The notes: generated by a model from the letters alone, not told the origin. 64,000 nt of DNA from Tubulanus polymorphus (GCF_964204645.1 NC_134027.1:3256485-3320484), one strand, 5' to 3'. Shown: positions 28,265-42,204, counted from the first letter of the stretch. Program-made: numbers and translations.

Positions 28265-31200
28265 ATGCGGATAGTAAAGGACAGGTTCGTATCTTTCATT
28301 CCAACTGAATTGTTTATTTAGTTCGAAAAAAAGAGTGCTTTTTCATAATGATATGTTTCTGCAGAACATGGTGGCTGTATGATTCCTTTTCGACTCAATA
28401 AGTCGAAAATTAACTCAAATAAGTCGAAGTTTCGAGTTTATTCAAGTAGGATTTCGAGTTCAAAAGTCGAAATTTCAACTTAAAATTTCGAAAAACCGCA
28501 ATGCTCTTCTCTACAAATGGATCTATTGAAAAGGTGAATTTTCATGGTTGTTTAAAAAAAAAAAAATTTCGCAAATTTTCATTATTCTTTTCAGCAGGGC
28601 GTTGGTCATTTTTATTGTGTTACTTGTGCACACCACAAGCGCTATTTCATCACCGGTATGTCATACCGACACACTATGCACTACTTCATATGGATATGCT
28701 GAAAATAGCAGAAACATAATCAACCAGCCTTTCAGAAGTCTTGGTTTATATGGTCGGTGGGGCTACGCACAATGTCTATCTGCAAGGGGCGTTTATTACT
28801 TGAAACTTCTTTCAAATACCAGAGAACGAGGTAAAAGGACTCCAGTGTACGTTGCCGATATAACAGTCACATATTCTTGTGTGAATGAAGAATGCACGAT
28901 TGGTGTTAAGTACCAGATGAGGGATACATGTGCAGTTGGAGGTAAATCTGCCACACTTCATTATGCCAACGTCAAAATCAGTGCTAAATTCGATATGTTA
29001 ACATTTCATCACCCCGATGTAGCGTATGAATACATGTATTGGGCAAAAACAGTGTCTAGTTATGGATTTGATCCCATTAAGTTAAAATGTCGAGGAATGG
29101 GCTGCGAAAAACTGGTAAACCTTGGTAAGGCAGGGAAAAAACAACCGAACGTCTGTATAGTGGTAGAGGGATTAGTGTGTGGATTTTGCCATCCTGAAAG
29201 ATGCGATGCTAAATCAACCACAATAAAAACCACAACGACGAAGCTTACAACGTCAAAGAAACCAGAAACTACTACCGTAACGACGGAATCCAAAACTACA
29301 TCTCTAGAAACCACAGCTGCTGCTTTCACAGAGGCTACTACAAAACAGGCTAGTTTGAAATCTACTGCAGGAGGAACCCCATCAGCTGCTGGCACTGAGG
29401 TCACTACACAGGCGGCTGGATCAGCATCTACTGCAGGAGGAACCACATCAGTTGCTGGCACTGAATCCACGACACAGGCGGCTGGATCAGCATCTACAGC
29501 AGGAGGAACCCCATCAGCTGCTGGCACTGAATCCACGACACAGGCCGCTGGATCAGCATCTACTGCAGGAGGAACCCCTTCAGCTGCTGGCACTGAGGCC
29601 ACTACACAACCCACTGGAACAGCATCTACTGCAGGAGGAAACCCTTCAGCTGCTGGCACTGAATCCACTACACAACCCACTGGATCAGCATCTACTGCAG
29701 GAGGAACCCCATCAGCTGCTGGCACTGAAGCCACTACACAAGTGACTGGATCAGCATCAACAGCAGGAGGAACCCCATCAGTTTCTGGCACTGAATCCAC
29801 TACAAAAGCGACTGTATCAGCATCTACTGCAGGAGGAACCCCATCAGTTTCTGGCACTGAATCCACGACACAGGCCGCTGGATCAGTATCTACTACAGGA
29901 GGAACCCCGTCAGTTGCTGGCACTGCATCCACGACACAGGCGGCTGGATCAGCATCTACAGCAGGAGGAACCCCATCAGTTTCTGGCACTGAATCCACGA
30001 CACAGGCGGCTGGATCAGCATCTACAGCAGGAGGAACCCCATCAGTTTCTGGCACTGAATCCACTACACAGGCCGCTGGATCAGCATCTACCGCAGGAGG
30101 AACCCCATCAGTTGCTGGCACTGAATCCACGACACAGGCCGCTGGATCAGCATCTACTGCAGGAGGAACCCCATCAGCTTCTGGCACTGAAGCCACTACA
30201 CAAGTGACTGGATCAGTATCTACTGCAGGAGGAACCCCATCAGCTGCAGGCGCTGAATCCACGACACAGGCCGCTGGATCAGCATCTACTACAGGAGGAA
30301 CCCCATCAGTTGCTGGCACTGAATCCACGACACAGGCCGCTGGATCAGCATCTACTGCAGGAGGAACCCCATCAGCTTCTGGCACTGAAGCCACTACACA
30401 AGTGACTGGATCAGTATCTACAGCAGGAGGAACCCCATCAGTTTCTGGCACTGAATCCACGACACAGGCGGCTGGATCAGCATCTACTGCTGGAGGAACC
30501 CCATCAGCTTCTGGCACTGAATCCACTACAAAAGCGACTGTATCAGCATCTACTGCAGGAGGAACCCCATCGGTTTCTGGCACTGAATCCACGACACAGG
30601 CGGCTGGATTAGCATCTACAGCAGGAGGAACCCCATCAGTTTCTGGCACTGAATCCACGACACAGGCGGCTGGATCAGCATCTACTGCAGGAGGAACCCC
30701 ATCAGCTTCTGGAACTGAATCCACTACAAAAGCGACTGTATCAGCATCTACTGCAGGAGGAACCCCATCGGTTTCTGGCACTGAATCCACTACAAAAGCG
30801 ACTGGATCAGCATCTACTGCTGGAGGAACCCCATCAGTTTCTGGCACTGAATCCACGACACAGGCGGCAGGATCAGCATCTACTGCTGGAGGAACCCCAT
30901 CAGTTTCTGGCACTGAATCCACGACACAGGCGGCTGGATCAGCATCTACAGCAGGAGGAACCCCATCAGTTTCTGGCACTGAATCCACGACACAGGCGGC
31001 AGGATCAGCATCTACAGCAGGAGGAACCCCATCAGTTTCTGGCACTGAATCCACGACACAGGCGGCAGGATCAGCATCTACTGCAGGAGGAACCCCATCA
31101 GTTTCTGGCACTGAATCCACTACACGGGCGGCTGGATCAGTATCTACTGCAGGAGGGACCCCTTCAGCTGCTGGCACTGAAGCCACTACACAAGTGACTG

Positions 31201-34200
31201 GATCAGTATCTACTGCAGGAGGAACTCCATCAGCTGCAGGCACTGAATCCACTACACAGGCCGCTCGATCAGCATTTACTGCAGGAGGAACCCCATCAGC
31301 TGCTGGCACTGAATCCACGACAAAGGCCGCTGGATCGGCATCTACTACAGGAGGAACCCCATCAGCTGCTGGCACTGAATCCACTACACAGGCCGCTGGA
31401 TCAGCATCTACCGCAGGAGGAACCCCGTCAGTTGCGGGCACTGAATCCACGACACAGGCGGCTGGATCGGCATCTACTACAGGAGGAACCCCATCAGCTG
31501 CTGGCACTGAATCCACTACACAGGCTGCTGGATCAGCATCTACTGCAGGAGGAACCCCATCAGTTGCTGGCACTGAATCCACTACACAGGCCGCTCGATC
31601 AGCATCTACTGCAGGAGGAACCCCATCAGCTGCTGGCACTGAATCCACGACAAAGGCCGCTGGATCGGCATCTACTACAGGAGGAACCCCATCAGCTGCT
31701 GGCACTGAATCCACTACACAGGCCGCTGGATCAGTATCTACTGCAGGAGGAACCCCATCAGCTGCAGGCGCTGAATCCACGACACAGGCCGCTGGATCAG
31801 CATCTACTACAGGAGGAACCCCATCAGCTGCTGGCACTGAATCCACTACACAGGCTGCTGGATCAGCATCTACTGCAGGAGGAACCCCATCAGTTGCTGG
31901 CACTGAATCCACGACACAGGTGGCTGGATCAGTATCTACTGCAGGAGGAACCCCATCAGCTTCTGGCACCGAAGCCACTACACAAGTGACTGGATCAGTA
32001 TCTACTACAGGAGGAACCCCATCAGCTGCAGGCACTGAATCCACGACACAGGCCGCTGGATCAGCATCTACTGCAGGAGGAACCCCATCGGCTGCTGGCA
32101 CTGTATCCACTACAAAAGCGACTGGATCAGTATCCACTGCAGGAGGAACCCCATCAGCTGCAGGCACTGAATCCACGACACAGGCCGCTGGATCAGCATC
32201 TACTGCAGGAGGAACCCCATCAGTTGCTGGCACTGAATCCACGACACAGGCGGCTGGATCAGTATCTACAGCAGGAGGAACCCCATCATTTGCTGGCACT
32301 GAATCCACGACACAGGCGGCTGGATCAGCATCTACTGCAGGAGGGACCCCATCAGCTGCTGGCACTGAATCCACGACACAAGCGGCTGGATCAGCATCTA
32401 CAGCAGGAGGAACCCCATCAGTTTCTGGCACTGAATCCACGACACAGATGGCTGGATCAGCATCTACTGCAGGAGGGACCCCATCAGCTGCTGGCACTGA
32501 AACCACTACACAAGTGACTGGATCAGCATCTACTGCAGGAGGAACCCCATCAGTTTCTGGCACTGAATCCACGACACAGGCGGCTGGATCAGCATCTACT
32601 GCTGGAGGAACCCCATCAGTTTCTGGCACTGAATCCACGACACAGGCGGCTGGATCAGCATCTACTGCAGGAGGAACCCCATCAGTTTCTGGCACTGAAT
32701 CCACGACACAGGCGGCTGGATCAGCATCTACTGCTGGAGGAACCCCATCAGTTTCTGGCACTGAATCCACGACACAGATGGCTGGATCAGCATCTACTGC
32801 AGGAGGGACCCCATCAGCTGCTGGCACTGAAACCACTACACAAGTGACTGGATCAGCATCTACTGCAGGAGGAACCCCATCAGTTTCTGGCACTGAATCC
32901 ACGACACAGGCGGCTGGATCAGCATCTACTGCTGGAGGAACCCCATCAGTTTCTGGCACTGAATCCACGACACAGGCGGCTGGATCAGCATCTACTGCTG
33001 GAGTAACCCCATCAGTTTCTGGCACTGAATCCACTACACAGGCGGCTGGATCAGCATCTACTGCAGGAGGAACCCCATCAGTTTCTGGCACTGAATCCAC
33101 GACACAGGCGGCTGGATCAGCATCTACTGCTGGAGGAACCCCATCAGTTTCTGGCACTGAATCCACGACACAGGCGGCTGGATCAGCATCTACTGCTGGA
33201 GTAACCCCATCAGTTTCTGGCACTGAATCCACTACACAGGCGGCTGGATCAGCATCTACAGCAGGAGGAACCCCATCAGTTTCTGGCACTGAATCCACGA
33301 CACAGGCGGCTGGATCAGCATCTACTGCTGGAGTAACCCCATCAGTTTCTGGCACTGAATCCACGACACAGGCGGCTGGATCAGCATCTACTGCTGGAGG
33401 AACCCCATCAGTTTCTGGCACTGAATCCACGACACAGGCGGCTGGATCAGCATCTACTGCTGGAGGAACCCCATCAGTTTCTGGTACTGAATCCACGACA
33501 CAGGCGGCTGGATCAGCATCTACTGCAGGAGGAACCCCATCAGTTTCTGGCACTGAATCCACTACAAAAGCGACTGGATCAGCATCTACTGCAGGAGGAA
33601 CCCCATCAGTTTCTGGCACTGAATCCACGACACAGGCGGCTGGATCAGCATCTACTGCTGGAGTAACCCCATCAGTTTCTGGCACTGAATCCACTACACA
33701 GGCCGCTGGATCAGCATCTACAGCAGGAGGGACCCCATCAGTTTCTGGCACTGAATCCACGACAGAGGCTGCTGGATCAGTATCTACTACAGGAGGAACC
33801 CCGTCAGTTGCTGGCACTGCATCCACGACACAGGCGGCTGGAACAGCATCAACTGCTGGAGGAACCCCATCAGTTTCTGGCACTGAATCCACTACACAGG
33901 CCGCTGGATCAGCATCTACAGCAGGAGGAACCCCATCAGTTTCTGGCACTGAAGCCACTACACAAGTGACTGGATCAGTATCTACTGCAGGAGGAACCCC
34001 ATCAGCTGCAGGCACTGAATCCACGACACAGGCTGCTGGATCAGCATCTACTGCAGGAGGAACCCCATCAGCTGCTGGCACTGAATCCACTACAAAAGCG
34101 ACTGGATCAGTATCCACTGCAGGAGGAACCCCATCAGCTGCAGGCACTGAATCCACGACACAGGCCGCTGGATCAGCATCTACTGCCGGAGGAACCCCAT

Positions 34201-37200
34201 CAGTTGCTGGCACTGAATCCACGACACAGGCGGCTGGATCAGTATCTACTGCAGGAGGAACCCCATCAGTTGCTGGCACTGAATCCACGACACAGGCGAC
34301 TGGATCAGCATCTACTGCTGGAGGGACCCCATCAGTTTCTGGCACTGAATCCACGACACAGGCGGCTGGATCAGCATCTACAGCAGGAGGAACCCCATCA
34401 GTTTCTGGCACTGAATCCACTACAAAAGCGACTGTATCAGCATCTACTGCAGGAGGAACCCCATCAGTTTCTGGCACTGAATCCACGACACAGGCGGCTG
34501 GATCGGCATCTACAGCAGGAGGAACCCCATCAGTTTCTGGCACTGAATCCACGACACAGGCGGCTGGATCAGTATCTACTGCAGGAGGAACCCCATCAGT
34601 TTCTGGCACTGAATCCACGACACAGGCGGCTGGATCGGCATCTACAGCAGGAGGAACCCCGTCAGTTGCTGGCACTGCATCCACGACACAGGCGGCTGGA
34701 TCAGCATCAACTGCTGGAGGAACCCCATCAGTTTCTGGCACTGAATCCACTACACAGGCCGCTGGATCAGCATCTACAGCAGGAGGAACCCCATCAGTTT
34801 CTGGCACTGAATCCACGACACAGATGGCTGGATCAGCATCTACTGCAGGAGGGACCCCATCAGCTGCTGGCACTGAAACCACTACACAAGTGACTGGATC
34901 AGTATCTACTGCAGGAGGAACCCCATCAGCTGCAGGCACTGAATCCACGACACAGGCCGCTGGATCAGCATCTACTGCAGGAGGAACCCCATCAGCTGCT
35001 GGCACTGAATCCACGACAAAGGCCGCTGGATCAGCATCTACTACAGGAGGAACCCCATCAGCTGCTGGCACTGAATCCACTACACAGGCCGCTGGATCAG
35101 CATCTACAGCAGGAGGAACCCCATCAGTTTCTGGCACTGAAGCCACTACACAAGTGACTGGATCAGTATCTACTGCAGGAGGAACCCCATCAGCTGCAGG
35201 CACTGAATCCACGACACAGGCTGCTGGATCAGCATCTACTGCAGGAGGAACCCCATCAGCTGCTGGCACTGAATCCACTACAAAAGCGACTGGATCAGTA
35301 TCCACTGCAGGAGGAACCCCATCAGCTGCAGGCACTGAATCCACGACACAGGCCGCTGGATCAGCATCTACTGCCGGAGGAACCCCATCAGTTGCTGGCA
35401 CTGAATCCACGACACAGGCGGCTGGATCAGTATCTACTGCAGGAGGAACCCCATCAGTTGCTGGCACTGAATCCACGACACAGGCGACTGGATCAGCATC
35501 TACTGCTGGAGGGACACCATCAGTTTCTGGCACTGAATCCACGACACAGGCGGCTGGATCAGCATCTACAGCAGGAGGAACCCCATCAGTTTCTGGCACT
35601 GAATCCACTACAAAAGCGACTGTATCAGCATCTACTGCAGGAGGAACCCCATCAGTTTCTGGCACTGAATCCACGACACAGGCGGCTGGATCAGCATCTA
35701 CTGCAGGAGGAACCCCATCAGTTTCTGGCACTGAATCCACGACACAGGCTGCTGGATCGGCATCTACAGCAGGAGGAACCCCGTCAGTTGCTGGCACTGC
35801 ATCCACGACACAGGCGGCTGGATCAGCATCAACTGCTGGAGGAACCCCATCAGTTTCTGGCACTGAATCCACTACACAGGCCGCTGGATCAGCATCTACA
35901 GCAGGAGGAACCCCATCAGTTTCTGGCACTGAATCCACGACACAGATGGCTGGATCAGCATCTACTGCAGGAGGGACCCCATCAGCTGCTGGCACTGAAA
36001 CCACTACACAAGCGACTGGATCAGTATCTACTGCAGGAGGAACCCCATCAGCTGCAGGCACTGAATCCACGACACAGGCCGCTGGATCAGCATCTACTGC
36101 AGGAGGAACCCCATCAGCTGCTGGCACTGAATCCACTACACAGGCCGCTGGATCAGCATCTACCGCAGGAGGAACCCCATCAGTTGCGGGCACTGAATCC
36201 ACGACACAGGCGGCTGGATCAGCCTCTACTGCAGGAGGAACCCCATCAGCTTCTGGCACTGAAGCCACTACACAAGTGACTGGATCAGTATCTACTGCAG
36301 GAGGAACCCCATCAGCTGCAAGCGCTGAATCCACGACACAGGCCGCTGGATCAGCATCTACTACAGGAGGAACCCCATCAGCTGCTGGCACTGAATCCAC
36401 TACACAGGCTGCTGGATCAGCATCTACTGCAGGAGGAACCCCATCAGTTGCTGGCACTGAATCCACGACACAGGTGGCTGGATCAGCATCTACTGCAGGA
36501 GGAACCCCATCAGCTTCTGGCACTGAAGCCACTACACAAGTGACTGGATCAGTATCTACTGCAGGAGGAACCCCATCAGTTTCTGGCACTGAAGCCACTA
36601 CACAAGTGACTGGATCAGTATCTACTGCAGGAGGAACCCCATCAGCTGCAGGCACTGAATCCACGACACAGGCTGCTGGATCAGCATCTACTGCAGGAGG
36701 AACCCCATCAGCTGCTGGCACTGAATCCACTACAAAAGCGACTGGATCAGTATCCACTGCAGGAGGAACCCCATCAGCTGCAGGCACTGAATCCACGACA
36801 CAGGCCGCTGGATCAGCATCTACTGCCGGAGGAACCCCATCAGTTGCTGGCACTGAATCCACGACACAGGCGGCTGGATCAGTATCTACTGCAGGAGGAA
36901 CCCCATCAGTTGCTGGCACTGAATCCACGACACAGGCGGCTGGATCAGCATCTACTGCAGGAGGGACCCCTTCAGCTGCTGGCACTGAGTCCACTACAAA
37001 AGCGACTGGATCAGCATCTACAGCAGGAGGAACCCCGTCAGTTTCTGGCACTGAATCCACGACACAGGCGGCTGGATCAGCATCTACTGCTGGAGTAACC
37101 CCATCAGTTTCTGGCACTGAATCCACGACACAGGCGGCTGCATCAGCATCTACTGCAGGAGGGACCCCATCAGTTTCTGGCACTGAATCCACGACACAGG

Positions 37201-40200
37201 CGGCTGGATCAGCATCTACAGCAGGAGGAACCCCATCAGTTTCTGGCACTGAATCCACTACAAAAGCGACTGTATCAGCATCTACTGCAGGAGGAACCCC
37301 ATCAGTTTCTGGCACTGAATCCACGACACAGGCGGCTGGATCGGCATCTACAGCAGGAGGAACCCCATCAGTTTCTGGCACTGAATCCACGACACAGGCG
37401 GCTGGATCAGCATCTACTGCAGGAGGAACCCCATCAGTTTCTGGCACTGAATCCACGACAGAGGCTGCTGGATCAGTATCTACTACAGGAGGAACCCCGT
37501 CAGTTGCTGGCACTGCATCCACGACACAGGCGGCTGGATCAGCATCAACTGCTGGAGGAACCCCATCAGTTTCTGGCACTGAATCCACTAAAAAAGCGAC
37601 TGGATCAGCATCTACTGCAGGAGGAACCCCATCAGTTTCTGGCACTGAATCCACTACACGGGCGGCTGGATCAGTATCTACTGCAGGAGGGACCCCTTCA
37701 GCTGCTGGCACTGAAGCCACTACACAAGTGACTGGATCAGCATCTACTGCAGGAGGAACCCCATCAGCTGCTGGCACTGAGGCCACTACACAAGTGACTG
37801 GATCAGTATCTACTGCAGGAGGAACCCCATCAGCTGCAGGCACTGAATCCACTACACAGGCCGCTGGATCAGCATATACTGCAGGAGGAACCCCATCAGC
37901 TGCTGGCACTGAATCCACGACAAAGGCCGCTGGATCAGCATCTACTACAGGAGGAACCCCATCAGCTGCTGGCACTGAATCCACTACACAGGCCGCTGGA
38001 TCAGTATCTACTGCAGGAGGAACCCCATCAGTTTCTGGCACTGAAACCACTACACAAGTGACTGGATCAGTATCTACTGCAGGAGGAACCCCATCAGCTG
38101 CTGGCACTGAATCCACTACAAAAGCGACTGGATCAGTATCCACTGCAGGAGGAACCCCATCAGCTGCAGGCACTGAATCCACGACACAGGCGGCTGGATC
38201 AGTATCTACTGCAGGAGGAACCCCATCAGCTGCAGGCACTGAATCCACGACACAGGCGACTGGATCAGCATCTACTGCAGGAGGAACCCCATCAGCTGCT
38301 GGCACTGCATCCACGACACAGGCGGCTGGATCAGCATCTACTGCAGGAGGGACCCCTTCAGCTGCTGGCACTGAAGCCACTACACAAGTGACTGGATCAG
38401 CATCTACAGCAGGAGGAACCCCATCAGTTTCTGGCACTGAATCCACGACACAGGCGGCTGGATCAGCATCTACTGCAGGAGGAACCCCGTCAGTTGCTGG
38501 CACTGCATCCACGACACAGGCGGCTGGATCAGCATCTACAGCAGGAGGAACCCCATCAGTTTCTGGCACTGAATCCACGACACAGGCGGCTGGATCAGCA
38601 TCTACTGCAGGAGGAACCCCATCAGCTGCTGGCACTGAATCCACTACAAAAGCGACTGGATCAGCATCTACTGCAGGAGGAACCCCTTCAGCTGCTGGCA
38701 CTGAAGCCACTACACAAGTGACTGGATCAGCATCTACTGCAGGAGGGACCCCTTCAGCTGCTGGCACTGAATCCACGACACAAGTGACTGTATCAGCATC
38801 TACTGCAGGAGGAACCCCATCGGTTTCTGGCACTGAATCCACTACACAGGCGGCTGGATCAGCATCTACTGCTGGAGGAACCCCATCAGTTTTTGGCACT
38901 GAATCCACGACACAGGCGGCTGGATCAGCATCTACTGCTGGAGGAACCCCATCAGTTTCTGGCACTGAATCCACGACACAGGCGGCTGGATCAGCATCTA
39001 CTGCTGGAGGAACCCCATCAGTTTTTGGCACTGAATCCACGACACAGGCGGCAGGATCAGCATCTACTGCAGGAGGAACCCCATCAGTTTCTGGCACTGA
39101 ATCCACGACACAGGCGGCTGGATCAGCATCTACTGCTGGAGGAACCCCATCAGCTTCTGGCACTGAAGCCACTACACAAGTGACTGGATCAGCATCTACT
39201 GCAGGAGGAACCCCATCAGCTGCAGGCACTGAATCCACTACACAGGCCGCTGGATCAGCATCTACTGCAGGAGGAACCCCATCAGCTGCTGGCACTGAAT
39301 CCACGACACAGGCCGCTGGATCAGCATCTACTGCAGGAGGAACCCCATCAGCTTCTGGCACTGAATCCACTACACAGGCCGCTGGATCAGCATCAACTGC
39401 AGGAGGAACCCCATCAGCTTCTGGCACTGAATCCACTACACAGGCCGCTGGATCAGCATCTACAGCAGGAGGAACCCCATCAGTTTCTGGCACTGAATCC
39501 ACGACACAGGCGGCTGGATCAGCATCTACAGCAGGAGGAACCCCATCAGTTTCTGGCACTGAATCCACGACACAGGCGGCTGGATCAGCATCTACTGCAG
39601 GAGGGACCCCATCAGCTTCTGGCACTGAAGCCACTACACAAGTGACTGGATCAGCATCTACTGCAGGAGGAACCCCATCAGCTGCAGGCACTGAATCCAC
39701 TACACAGGCCGCTGGATCAGCATCTACTGCAGGAGGAACCCCATCAGCTGCTGGCACTGAATCCACGACACAGGCCGCTGGATCAGCATCTACTGCAGGA
39801 GGAACCCCATCAGCTGCAGGCACTGAATCCACGACACAAGTGACTGGATCAGCATCTACTGCAGGAGGAACCCCATCAGCTGCTGGCACTGAATCCACGA
39901 CACAGGCCGCTGGATCAGCATCTACTGCAGGAGGAACCCCATCAGCTTCTGGCACTGAATCCACTACACAGGCCGCTAGATCAGCATCTACAGCAGGAGG
40001 AACCCCATCAGTTTCTGGCACTGAATCCACGACACAGGCGGCAGGATCAGCATCTACTGCAGGAGGAACCCCATCAGTTTCTGGCACTGAATCCACTACA
40101 AAAGCGACTAGATCAGCATCTACAGCAGGAGGAACCCCATCAGTTTCTGGCACTGAATCCACTACAAAAGCGACTGGATCAGCATCTACTGCAGGAGGAA

Positions 40201-42194
40201 CCCCATCAGTTTCTGGCACTGAATCCACTACAAAAGCGACTGGATCAGCATCTACTGCTGGAGGAACCCCATCAGTTTCTGGCACTGAATCCACGACACA
40301 GGCGGCAGGATCAGCATCTACTGCAGGAGGAACCCCATCAGTTTCTGGCACTGAATCCACTACAAAAGCGACTAGATCAGCATCTACAGCAGGAGGAACC
40401 CCATCAGTTTCTGGCACTGAATCCACTACAAAAGCGACTGGATCAGCATCTACTGCAGGAGGAACCCCATCAGTTTCTGGCACTGAATCCACTACACAGG
40501 CGGCTGGATCAGTATCTACTAGAGGAGGGACTCCTTCAGCTGCTGGCACTGAAGCCACTACACAAGTGACTGGATCAGCATCTACTGCAGGAGGAACCCC
40601 ATCAGCTGCTGGCACTGAGGCCACTACACAGGCGGCTGGATCAGCATCTACTGCCGGAGGAACCCCATCAGCTGCAGGCACTGAGGCCACTACACAGGCC
40701 GCTGGATCAGTATCTACTGCAGGAGGAACCCCATCAGATGCTGGCACTGAATCCACTACACAAGCGACTGGATCAGTATCCACTGCAGGAGGAACCCCAT
40801 CAGCTGCTGGCACTGAGGCCACTACACAACCCACTGGATCAGCATCTACTGCAGGAGGAACCCCATCAGCTGCTGGCACTGAATCCACGACACAGGCCGC
40901 TGGATCAGCATCTACCGCAGGAGGAACCCCATCAGTTGCTGGCACTGAATCCACTACACAGGCCGCTGGATCAGTATCTACCGCAGGAGGAACCCCATCA
41001 GCTGCTGGCACTGAATCCACTACGCAAGCGACTGGATCAGTATCTAGTGCAGGAGGAACCCCATCAGCTGCTGGCACTGAATCCACTACACAGGCGACTG
41101 GATCAGTATCTACTGCAGGAGGAACCCCGTCAGCTGCTGGCACTGAAGCAACTACACAACCCACTGGATCAGCATCTACTGCAGGAGGAATTCCATCAGC
41201 TGCTGGCACTGAATCCACGACACAGACGACTGGATCAGTATCTACTGCAGGAGGAACCCCTTCAGCTGCTCGCACTGAATCCACGACACAGGCCGCTGGA
41301 TCAGCATCTACTGCAGGAGGAACCCCATCAGCTGCTGGCACTGAATCCACGACACAGGCGACTGGATCAGTATCTACTGCAGGAGGAACCCCTTCAGCTG
41401 CTCGCACTGAATCCACGACACAGGCCGCTGGATCAGCATCTACTGCAGGAGGAACCCCATCAGTTGCAGGCACTGAGGCCACTACACAGGCCGCTGGATC
41501 AGCATCTACTGCAGGAGGAACCCCATCAGCTGCTGGCACTGAGGCCACGACACAGGCCGCTGGATCAGCATCTACTGCTGGAGGAACCCCATCAGCTGCT
41601 GGCACTGAGGCCACTACACAGGCGGCTGGATCAGTATCTACTGTAGGAGGAATCCCATCAACTACCGAAACAACGACTACTCAAGCGATAACTTGTAACC
41701 CTGTTTGGTCACCAATCAGTTCCCGTATGAGTCCATACAAATTCAATATTGGTGGTGATAGCACGAAGGAAGGTTGGGCCCAGTGTATATCTTCTCCGGG
41801 GAAATATATATCTTTCCTGTATATGAAAGGTTTGACAAAGAAAAAAGTCGGTATCGCAAGTGTAACTTATACGTGTGATACATTCCCATGTAGTATACAC
41901 GTAACACTTGACCTAAAACCATGCAAAGCTGGTAGCACCACGTCGAAAATCCTCTCGAAGTCCGCTCTGCGTCTAACGCTTGGCAAATCGGCACTCTCCA
42001 GCTCGGGACCAGAAGATTACGAATATAAATTGGAATATCCCTCATACAGTGATTTTTCTAATTTCGGAACGATCTCTAAGGCATGCAAAGACGCAAGTGG
42101 AAAATGTGATTTCACATCTATATCAGAAGTCGATGGAAAGCCTCCACTTGTGTGTGTTGCTGTTTATGCAGAGATTTGCGGTTTATGTAATTAG
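28265..42194 (+). CDS. Giant secreted mucin-like protein (~4550 aa): signal peptide, Cys-rich domain, ~186 x 22-aa repeat, homologous Cys-rich domain
   Basis: 13.6-kb uninterrupted ORF (28548-42194). The listed TTG start lies in intron-like sequence ahead of an acceptor ttcttttcag at 28594. An upstream exon ATGCGGATAGTAAAGGACAG|gttcgt (28265-28284, phase 2) splices in frame to give MRIVKDSRALVIFIVLLVHTTSA, a typical signal peptide. Confidence 0.9.
28388..28490. repeat. Short degenerate TTCGA/AGTCGAA minisatellite and hairpin in an intron of the giant gene
   Basis: Repeated aataagtcgaa and tttcgagtt motifs at ~22-bp spacing, partly self-complementary. Confidence 0.5.
29361..41660 (+). repeat. 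Coding tandem array, 66-bp unit (GSASTAGGTPS[V/A][S/A]GTESTTQAA), about 186 copies
   Basis: Unit ggatcagcatctactgcaggaggaaccccatcagttgctggcactgaatccacgacacaggcggct is directly visible. Length ~12.3 kb / 66 gives about 186. No frameshifts. Confidence 0.98.
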
Positions 42195-42204
42195 ATAAAA
42201 TTCT

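Noticed and set aside
28548-28594. TTG start MFKKKKISQIF of the giant ORF
   Set aside because: Non-ATG and lies in an A/T-rich tract ending in a splice acceptor, so it is intronic.
29060-41614. 4184-aa antisense ORF (VPAADGVPPAVDADPAACVVDS repeats)
   Set aside because: Shadow of the stop-free 66-bp repeat. It starts inside the array and has no signal peptide or unique domain, whereas the plus strand has both.
29452-41646. Many alternative-frame ORFs (LALNPRHRRLDQHLLQEEPHQ)
   Set aside because: Off-frame translations of the same array, interrupted by TGA wherever the GTG ACT variant occurs.
29361-41660. Possible CRISPR array
   Set aside because: No unique spacers and no cas genes; it is an in-frame coding tandem repeat in a eukaryotic gene.
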